Below, one piece after another: positions 1 to 10,600 of a stretch of DNA of 64,000 bases (the stretch's first letter is position 1; every line of letters begins with the position of its first letter). The notes under the pieces were generated by a model. It saw only the letters and a list, made by a program, of their open reading frames with translations. It did not search any database and had not been told where the DNA came from. Source of the DNA: Gekko japonicus (Eukaryota). Both the position numbers and the translations under genes were made by a program. Location: NCBI RefSeq assembly GCF_001447785.1, contig NW_015167529.1, positions 1,661,249 to 1,725,248 of the forward strand. Reading direction: 5' to 3'.

Positions 1-164
1 ATCAGTATGAACTAGGTTTCCTCAAAACTATGGTTTGCAAACCAGCATCAAACAATAATCATCATCTCTCATTTAGAAATGATCTGCTTTAGTGTGTGCA
101 TATTGTAAAACCATGGATAACATTGAGAAGGGAAGATGTGTAGACTGATACTCTCAGGGAACTG

Positions 165-233
165 CTTCCTTCCTTCCTTCCTTCCTTCCTTCCTTCCTTC
201 CTTCCTTCCTTCCTTCCTTCCTTCCTTCCTTCC
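165..233. repeat. (CTTC)n microsatellite
   Basis: About 17 perfect units. Confidence 0.97.
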
Positions 234-1589
234 ATTCACACTATCATTGCACCATGGATGCAACTTCCATCTGCATACTTCCAGGCAGCTAGCATAGATC
301 CTATCCCTGTCTCTCATCTATCCTATCCAGAATGGAGTTCACTAAATAAAGAACTCTTTATTAGTTCTGAAGCTGACAAGTGGTTCTGTGTAACTCTGTA
401 ACTTTGCCAGCACATGTAGAACAAAGAAGCTCTGCCATGTGTAGCCAATAGTGCACCCTGCTAAATCGATAGGTTCCTGGCTTACCATACCAGTGAATCT
501 ATTATTTCAGTTTGTGGGGAAACTTGCAATTTAAAAAATAAAATACTAACCCTTCCCCCAGATACTATAATTAATACCTGTATCTTTAAGAGATGAATGC
601 CTACTGAGACTACAGACTGAGATCCCAATGGCCATTTGGTGGGGTGATAGGCAACCATAACAATATTGCTCAGCTTTCCGCCCCTGATTTCTGTCAGTCT
701 AAGGTGGGAGGGGAAGGCCAAAAAAGATGAAAGGGAGGAAGGAAGCAGGAAAGGATGAAAGGTTGTAGAAAAAGAGAAAGGTAGGTAGAAGGCAAAAAAT
801 GAGAGATTGCTAGACAGAGGAAATAAAGCAAAGCTAAAGACTGAGGGGCAGATATAGGTAGGTTGGTTGGAAAGAAGAAAGCAGAAGTATTGTGTGAAGT
901 CATGGGGACTACCAGAGGAGCAAAAGGAAATAGTGTGGGGAGGGGAGAAGGAGGGTACCCCCAAGTGAATATTGATATTACTTCTGCATGCTAATATAAT
1001 GTAAAAACAATTAGTTAAACTGTTTTATTTATCACCCATTATTGGTACCGTATGAAGCTGTTCCTTGCTCTTCTTGAAAACAGTCCCATATTTTAAATCT
1101 AAATTAAATGTTCATTCTTCATAGCACAACACTTTTATATATAATTGCATTTATTTTGCAAGTAAAATAATCAATGAATAAGGAAGCACATTAAAGCACT
1201 AGAAATAGTTCCATTTTACTAATCCAATAACAACTCCATGCTAGAAAAAAATATTTGAGTTAAATTCTAAACTAATCCCTAACCTAAACAGCAAGTGATA
1301 CAACACTACAAATATGATCATTTTCAGAATATTTACTGTAGTTTATTGTGCCAACTTTAAGTTAGATGTATACTTTTCTACAAAATTGCTGATAAATATG
1401 TGTGTATATGTATGGACATACTCCTCCTCTGTAACAGGAGAGTCCTATCTTTTTGGTTCCATTTGCCTTCTAATTCAGTGTACTTTAAGGGGATGCACAT
1501 TCTCCTCAAGGTTTGACATTAACAAGCAATGGGACAGGTAATGATTCTCTGGTAAAGAATGTTCAGACAAGCATTGTCTTCCCACCTTG

Positions 1590-1850
1590 CAGAGCAGGTG
1601 AACAAACTGAAGTTTATTCCTGATGAGACAGAAGCACTACTGGTAATGGAACCAAACCAGGAGAAAGATTATAGCTGTTCTCGATGAACCTGCAGTCCCC
1701 TTGAAAAAGCATGTTTGAAGTTTGGGCCCTGCCCCGCTGCTTGCAAAACAGGTAGCCAGCGCTACCTTTTCCCATTTTAGGCTGATTTACCAACTGCAAC
1801 CAATCCTGGAAACAGTACACTTGGCCATTGCCTTGGGTACCCAGATGGAA
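1590..1850 (+). mobile_element. Degraded L2-clade LINE fragment
   Basis: KLKFIPDETEALL-like RT motif, similar to the L2 at 10170-10450. Confidence 0.5.
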
Positions 1851-1864
1851 TACTGAACAGGGAT

Positions 1865-2355
1865 TACTGAACAAGAGGCTAAATTTGCAGATGACACAAA
1901 GTTGTTCAGGGTGGTGAGAACCAGGGAGGATTGTGAGGCACTCCAAAAGGATCTATCGAGGATGGGCGAGTGGGCGTCAACATGGCAAATGGTTCAATGT
2001 GACCAAGTGCAAAGTGATGCACATTGGAGCCAAAAATCCTAACTATAAATACACATTGATGGGGTATGAAGTGGCAGAGACTGACCAAGAGAGAAATCTT
2101 GGAATCATAGTAGATAACTCAATGAAAATGTCGAAACAGTGTGCGACTGCAATAAAAAAGGCCAACGCTATGCTGGGGATTATTAGGAAGGGAATTGAAA
2201 ACAAATCAGCCAGTATCATAATGCCCCTGTATAAACCAATGGTGCAACCTCATTTGGAGTACTGTGTACAGTTCTGGTCACCACACCTCAAAAAGGCTAT
2301 TATAGCATTGGGAAAAGTGCAGAAAAGGGCAACTAGAATGATAAAAGGGTTGGAT
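1865..2355 (+). mobile_element. CR1 LINE ORF2 fragment
   Basis: [45 protein letters not shown]. Confidence 0.92.
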
Positions 2356-3199
2356 TTACATTACAATCTACATTTAAAAAAACAGGCTGTTTCTGTCAAC
2401 TCCCTTGGATGATGATTTTGACCGACGTAAGGATTGCTGTATTTTTCAGTAAGGCTACCATGGGCTACCCATCTTAGGCTCATGTTCCTTGACCTCCCCC
2501 TTTCAATGTTGTTAGGCAGCAATGCATCATCAAGTGATGGCATTATAAGTACATATTATTCTTTAAGCGATTGCTTTGCCTGAAATGAAAAAGAGGCATC
2601 AAGTTCTTACCAAGGCCTTGATTTTTGCTTCTGTCTCTGATTTACCCCAAAGTTTCTCAGACTAGAATTTATTTGAATTTCTGAATTAAAACTGAAGGCA
2701 CACTTCACCCCAACTGGTTTATCTTTAACAATGGCCGTTGCCTATGTTTCTGCATGAGTCACTGTTCTGAGTCTCATGATTAGACGGCATATTCAGACCA
2801 TTAATTTATGCAGAGACACAACAGACAGCCTCCTATGAGGGCAGCTATCTCTGCATTAGGAGAGACTGAATGATACAATCATACCTATTGTAGAAGCTCA
2901 TTGGAAGGAGGCATGGCTAGAGCCTTGGCATGCTTATTTATGGCTGAGTGCTGTGGGATAAAATGGATGCTTTATTATTTAAAGTTACATATGGTGGTAC
3001 ACACTTGGAGAATTGTAAAAGGCTCACACAACTTGGAAAATGAAGCACAATATTAGGGCAACAGGTTGGACACGAGAGCCCTCCAAAATAGGTGACTTAT
3101 TTGTGTGTAAAGTGCCGTTAAATCCCAGCTGACTTACAGAGACCCCTTTGGGTTTTCAAGGCAAGAGACTGACAAAGCTGGTTTGCCATTGTTTGAACT

Positions 3200-4620
3200 A
3201 GCCCGGGCCACCCACGTCAGAGCAGACGATCTCGTGAGCCTCCCAGTACAATTCCTGCTTGAACCTTTCGTAGTTCTAGCGCTGTTTTTTACACTGTCTC
3301 GTCAGCCTCCTTCCACTTGGAGCGCAAACTCCCGCCTTGCTGTTTCTCCCTCACCTACCTCAGGGCTCACCCTTCCATCGCAGCTCTAGCCACCCCTCTC
3401 ACAGGTCCAAGGAACCGCCTCAGTCGCGCGGGTTCCAGGCTGGAGAGCTTCACGTTGCTTAGCAACACTGCATTCCCCCCCCCCCCGGAACCCCGGGGGG
3501 GGGCGCCGAGGGGGGGCACCATTAAACCCCCAGTCTGCCCTGGTATTGACATGTTACACGCGCCCACACCCCCTTAATTATTATATTAGCACCAGCGACG
3601 TAGGAACTCAACTCACCTCTCCTTACTCAGAGAAGCAGCAGCAGCAACTACAGGCTGAAAAAGCTTCTCTCGAATAACCACAGTGACTTCGCTTTACAAA
3701 CTTGACCCTTAGAGCGACCCGTCAGTCGTACATTCGAATCGCGCGGGCTATGAGGGTGAAGTACGCGAGGCGAGACGTATAAAAGATGCGCTCAGTTGCT
3801 CTCCATTATGCTCTCGGGAGTTGTAGTTTTCTCTTTGGCAAACCTCCCTACCCTTTCTTCAGTGCTATTTTAACGAATAAATAAAATATTTGTTACGGTC
3901 ATAGGCCAGCACATATTTCCACAAATGCAAACTATATTTCCCACAATGCCTTGAAAACCTAAAAGCTTGAGACGCTTCCGATGACTACAGAAAGAGACTG
4001 ACTAGTCTTTATCACGCTCCTCCCACCCTTCCATTGACAGAAGTGGGAATAGTACTCCCCCTCGGGCGCTGTGTATTGTGGGTAGTAACCCGTTCTTCGC
4101 CCACAGCCACAGGTGGCGGCGGCTGGGGTGAAGGTGGCGTGGGAGAGGCGGTGCGGGTCTATGGTGGGACTTGCCTCCTCCGGAATTCCCCGCTCCCTGG
4201 GCCTTGGGTGCGCCGAGGGGATGGGGATAGAGCTCTGGCGGCGTCTGCTGCTCTCCTTCTCGGTGTTATTTGTGCTGCTGCCTGGAGCCCCGGGCTTTAT
4301 TTCCTCTCTGGACAGCGACTTTACTTTCACTCTGCCCGCCGGCCGGAAGGAGTGCTTTTTCCAGCCCATGCATAACGAGGCCTCCCTGGAGATCGAATAC
4401 CAGGTAAGGGAGAAGGAAGATATACTGCCCCCCCCTCCCCCGGTTTTTCCCTCAGCTTGGTAGTTTGGAGTTAAAGAACTCGCGCGTGGGTCAGTGCCAA
4501 GTTGCCTCGGGGGCCACTCAGCAGACGCAAATATAACACTTTTCCTGGATTGTACTTCTGAAGGCTTGTGCGGGATGCGTCTTGCATTTTGAAATACCTT
4601 AACACCGGGGTGGGTGGCGG
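3200..4620. promoter_or_regulatory. CpG island; probable bidirectional promoter of TMED5 and a divergent gene (CCDC18 by mammalian synteny)
   Basis: High CpG density; ZNF143-type motifs at 3816-3828(-), 3931-3953(+), 4071-4085(-); minus-strand donor AG|GTGAGT at 3617/3616. Confidence 0.8.
4221..4403 (+). CDS. TMED5: TMED5 coding exon 1
   Basis: ATG in strong context GGGATGG; MGIELW...SLEIEYQ; donor CAG|GTAAGG. Confidence 0.93.
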
Positions 4621-7600
4621 GGAGACCCTCTGTATGGGAAAACTAGCACACTTTTAAATTGGGTTTTCTCCGAGATTTGGGACAGTGCAAATTGGTTTTT
4701 CTCCGAGATTTGGGACAGTGCAAATTGGTTTTCCCTCCTCCATTTTACACTCACAGCAACCCTGTGAGGCAGGCTAGGCTGACTCGGGACTGACTGAGAG
4801 TCACCCAGTGGATTTCAAGGCAGAGTGCGGATTTGAACATGGGTTTCCCAAATCCTGGCCCAACACTCCTTGTTATACCATTGTGAAATACTTTCTCATA
4901 GGAAAAAGAAACCCTCTTCATATGAAAAACTATCATGTCAGCAAGGAAAGCTGCTGTTTGTCACACTTTTACTCTACCCTCCCTCCAAGAAGCTCAGGAT
5001 GGCTTACATCATTCTTCCCTTGTGAAGCTAGGTTGGGCCCATTGAGTGATTGCCGCAAAACTCCAGTGAGTTTTTTAAAAATAAATTAATTTACCAATTA
5101 ATTACAGTGCAATTAAAATCAATTAATTCACCAATTAATTAAAGGTAAATGTTCCCTTGCTCGAAATTGAGTGATTGTCGCAAAACTCCAGTGAGTTTTT
5201 AAAAAATCAATTAATTTACCAATTAATTACAGTACAATTAAAATCAATTTATTTACCAATTAATTAAAGGTAAAGGTTCCCTTGCTCAAAAGCCAGTCAA
5301 GTCCGACTCTAGGGTTGCGGTGCTCATCTCCATTTCAAAGCCGAAGAGCCAGCGCTGTCCGAAGACGTTTTCATGGTCATGTGGCCGACATGTCTAAACA
5401 CCAAGGCGCACGGAACGCTGTTACCTTCCCACCGAAGTGGTACCTATTTATCTACAGTGCAAAAATTAATTAATGTGCACAAGAACAGTTTAAAAGTCTG
5501 GGTAATATATGAAATCTATAGATTGGTTTCCACTAGCAAGAGTTTCTTAAAACAGTATTATTATGAAGGTTTACAGGACAAACAGTCACACAGATCCACC
5601 AATTTATTATTAAACTCTATTTTATAACAGTCCAATCAATAACATATTTCTTATATCAGTTGATTAGAAACTACTATACCTATATAAAAACAGTAAACGA
5701 TAGCCTCCTAATTTTAAATAGTCCTAAAATGTGACTGATTTGGTTTTAAGTATGAGATATGAAATTTTCTTCCTAGCCAGTTCTTAAGCTAATTGTCCAA
5801 AGCACCAAGATCCCTTTAACCTATATCTCTATATCAGAAGCAAGTTACTAAACAACAGAAGCCTAAAACCCACAAACTCAGATCGCGAGATCTACTTACT
5901 GATGTAAACTCCCAGGCACGTCTGCTATTCACTTGTGACTTATCTTATATAATTAAAAACTATACACTAGAAGATCTGTAAAGTACTATACCAAATACTA
6001 CTTATATCAAATAACAAAAAAGGTAATAAGAAATACCAACTCTCTAGACCAGTGGTTCTCAACCTTCCTAATGCCACGACCCTTTAATACAGTTCCTCAT
6101 GTTGTGGTGACCCCCAACCATAAAATTATTATTGTTGCTACCATAAGACCATCGAAAATTTGTGTTTTCCGATGGTCTTAGGCGACCCCTGTGAAAGGGT
6201 CGTTCGACCCCCAAAGGGGTTGCGACCCACAGGTTGAGAACCACTGCTCTAGACCGTCTCTGCCGAACACCAACCTCCCCCCTCCCAAGGGAACCGGCAG
6301 CGGTCTCTAGCAAAGGAGCAACTGAACCCTGCAAGCCCCCCCCCATTATATCACTACGCTTATTAACCAACTTTTTCAAGTCTCTTCCAACTTTTAAAAC
6401 ACTATTTAAACAGTTATTTATATGACCATTTAAGCCTCTTTACAATCCTTTTACGAGGACCATTTGCTTGGAGTACAGCCTACGATCTTCTAGTGTTGGT
6501 GTTAGTAAAGCAACATAATTGCAGCTTACTACCAGTATAGATGGGGTGGCTTTTAGGCAGATTTGTGTAACAGAACTTTTCCTTGTAGAAATTAAGCACT
6601 GGATTTTGCCAGCTTCCCTCCTCCCTTGCTTTAAACTTAGCATATACACAACAAAATGACAAGTCAGACAGATGTTGTGAGGACATACCCTAACCTCATT
6701 AACTTGTGGAATCACAACTTTTACAGTGCTTTTCTAAAGGACCAGACAGAAAGTCTTGTAAGTAAACTTCCCCCAGCTGGAGGAGAGTTGCTGTCCTGTT
6801 TATTCTACAGAATTAATAGGTTCAGCCAAATGTCACGAAAGTCAAACTGTGTCATATGTCAACCTGCTTTTGGTAACTAGATTCAACAATCTAGCCAGCA
6901 CAGATGTTCTGGAATGGGTTTTGATGACTTAAAGCCACGTAAGCAAGTATGTCACGAAAGTCAAACTGTGTCATATCTAGGTCTGAGTAACAATAAGGTA
7001 GAAGTTGGTAAGCAGCGTGTCTCTTCCATTTATATGGAACTGACACAGACTAGACTAGCAGATACTGTGCTTTTCTGTTTGGTATTACTTTACAGAACAG
7101 AATCTAAGGACTCAAACAATAAATGAATTAGTTTGTAATCTCATCCTATGCAACTTTACTCAAAGTAAATCACAAATAAGTTCAGTGCTGCTTACTTTCA
7201 AGCAGAATGCATAGGATTGTGACATTATGGTGATTATAATTTGGTTTTGGTCTCGCCACTTTTTGTTACTGAAAGCCTAATTCCATTGTAGCATATGCTG
7301 TCATAGCATACATAGATTAATTTCTGCCATCTGAGAAAACCGATGTTGTGGTTAACAAAAGAAACTATTTAGACAAAAATAGTCATAATAGGACTGCCAG
7401 AATATTTGGATACGAAGTTAAACTTTAAAACTTTAATAACACTGAACTCCTCAATACTGTATTATGCTATAATGAGAATAAATATTGCCAAATATATTCA
7501 TACTGAAGCATTGAAAATACCCTTGAAAATGTGTTGTATATATCTACAGTGAAGACAAGCAGTTATCACTATACTGAATTCTCAATGTGGCCAAATCTGT

Positions 7601-10600
7601 GGATATTAAATCCATGGATGGAACTATGAACAGACAAGACAGCTCTTTCTACAAACCCAAGGAAAGCCCCATGTTTGCATAAAAAACTGAATTTTTTTTA
7701 AACAAATGCATTAGGGGAGGGGCTAACCCCTCAAATAATAAAATGAGTGCCTGTAGCTTTAAGAAACTGATGTCCTCAGTTGCTGTTGCTAGGCAACCCC
7801 TAACAGTATTCCCAAGTCTTGGTTTCTGTAAAAAAAAAAAAGGCAGGGGGAAAGGGCCCTTTCCAGCAACCACCAGGTTAATTGTTACAATCTTGTCTTG
7901 TGTGACTCACCAGCTGCTTGCTATTGTTCAACAGGAGCCACTCCATGAAAGGGAGTGAGGTGCAGTGGTTAGTTTCAGACTGGGATCTGGGAGATCCAGG
8001 TTTAAATCCCCAAGCTGCTGTGGAAGCACACTGCATCACTTTGGCCAGTCACACACAGTGAGCTGAACCTACTTCACTAGGGTAGTTGTGAAGATAAAAC
8101 TGAGAATGATGTAAGCTGCTTTGAGTCCCTGTTGTGGAGAAAAGCAGGGTATAAATGAAGTAAATAAATACTAAATATAGCTGAAGATGGGGGGCAGATA
8201 AAATCACTGGGACTAACAGGCACTGTATTAAGAGATGGGCATGAACCTAAAAGAAGAAGAAGAGATTGATTTATACCCCGCCCTTCAGTTAGGGTTTCAG
8301 AGCAGTTTACAAACTCCTTTCCCTCCCCCTCCCCACAACAGACACCCTGTGAGGTAGGTGGGGCTGAGAGAACTCTGACACAAACTGCTCTTTCAGGAAC
8401 AGCTGTGCCAGAGCTTGTGACTGACTCAAGGTCACATCAGCAGCTGCAAGTGGAGGAGTGGGGAATCAAACCCAGTTCTCCCAGATTAGAGTCCGCACAC
8501 TTAACCACTACACCCAAACTGGCTCTAAAAAAGGTGGTTTGGAGTTCAGTGTGGCCCACAAACTAAACCTCAAACTGAACTGACCCAAACAGGCCCCACC
8601 TGAAGCAGTCTGGCAAGTTCAGTTCTCCCTTTCTCATGGCTATTCCACAGCCGAGGAAAGGGGGCAAGGACCGCACTGTAAGGGACTTCCCTTCCACCTT
8701 TCTCCCAGTCATGGCTCACTGGGGCCTGGATGGGGGGGGGGATTACCTGGGAAAGGACTTCCTTTCTCTTTTTCTCCTGACCACAATTTACCACAGCCGG
8801 GAGAAAGGGGGCAGGGATTGCTCGTGAACAGCTGAGCATCAGACCCTGTACCTCTCAACTGTTACGTTTAAATGGCTGGCAGCTCCCCAATGCTTCAAAG
8901 GGGGTAGCAAAAGTAAGGGGTTAAATGGATCACAGCCATTTAACTGAATGGCTGAGCAGGTCTACCAAAAGTCCAGTATATGTTCGGGGAAGGTACCTTC
9001 CCTGAACATCAGTTCCTGAGCTCCAAACTCGCCCATGTTTGTGCCCAATTTTGGCTCATGCCCATCCCTACATTGTATTATGGTGGTTTGAGTCCTATCT
9101 GGAAGTCAGTCTCAGAAGATATTGTTGAGGGATTCCTCCTCTGCCCCAAGGCTGTTAACCTGTGGGGTGCCACAGGGTTCCATTTTATCCCCCATGCTAT
9201 TTAATATTTATACGAAGCCATTGGAAAAGTTCATCTGGAGGTATGAGCTGTGATGTCACTAATATGTGGATGATACCCAGCTCTGCCTTTCTTTTCCACC
9301 TAATTCTGAGGATGCTGTTGATGTTCTGAACAGGTGCTTAGAGTCAGTAATGGGCTGGATGAGGGTGAACAAGCTGAAACGATATCCTGGCACTCAAACT
9401 GAACTGACCCAAACAGGCCCCACCTGAAGCAGTCTAGCAAGTTCAGTTCTCCCTTTCTCATGGCTGTTCCACAGCCGAGGAAAGGGGGCAAGGACCGCAC
9501 TGTAAGGGACTTCCCTTCCACCTTTCTCCCAGTCATGGCTCACTGAGGCCTGGAGAAGGGAGGGGGGAATTGCTTGGGAAAGGACTTCCTTTCCCCCTTT
9601 CTCCTGACCACAACTTACCGCAGCCGGGAGAAAGGGGGCAGGGATTGCGCATGAACAGCTGAGCATCAGACCCTGTACCGCTCAACTGTTACGTTTAAAT
9701 GGCTGGCAGCTCCCCAATGCTTCAAAGGGGGTAGCAAAATTAAAGGGTTAAATGGATCACAGCCATTTAAACTGAATGGCTGAGCAGGTCTACCAAAAGT
9801 CCAGTATATGTTCGGGGAAGGTACCTTCCCTGAACATCAGTTCCTGAGCTCCAAACTCGCCCATGTTTGTGCCCAATTTTGGCTCATGCCCATCCCTACA
9901 TTGTATTATGGTGGTTTGAGTCCTATCTGGAAGTCAGTCTCAGAAGATATTGCCCCAAGGCTGTTAACCTGTGGGGTGCCACAGGGTTTCATTTTATCCC
10001 CCATGCTATTTAGTATTTATACAAAGCCATTGGAAAAGTTCATCTGGAGGTATGAGCTGTGATGTCACTAATATGTGGATGATACCCAGCTCTGCCTTTC
10101 TTTTCCACCTAATTCTGAGGATGCTGTTGATGTTCTGAACAGGTGCTTAGAGTCAGTAATGGGCTGGATGAGGGTGAACAAGCTGAAACGATATCCTGGC
10201 AAGATAGACGTTCTCTGGGTTGGTAGAAAGGCAGACTAGGGACTTCAGATCTCCCCTGTCTTGAGTGGGGTTATGCTCCCCTTGAAAAGCCAGGTATGCA
10301 TCTTGGGAGTACTGCCTAACACAAGTGGTCGCGTTAGAAAACCAGATGGCTGCTGTGGCTCAGAATATGTTTGCCCAGCTCTGGCTGGTGCGTCAACTGC
10401 ATTTATTCCTGGGTTAGTCAGATCTAGCCACAGTGATTTATGTCTTAGTTACTTCTGGACTACTGCAGTGCTGTCTACTGGGGGCTACCCTCTAAGTGTA
10501 TTCAGAAGCTGCAGCTAGACTGCTGGTTGGGGCCAGCCAGGAGCATATGTCCTCAATACTTCAGCAAGTAAACTGGCTACCACCAATCCACTCCCAAGCC

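Noticed and set aside
2361-2590. Minus-strand ORF and acceptor as a possible CCDC18 coding exon
   Set aside because: No resemblance to the CCDC18 N-terminus as recalled; runs into the CR1 without a clear donor
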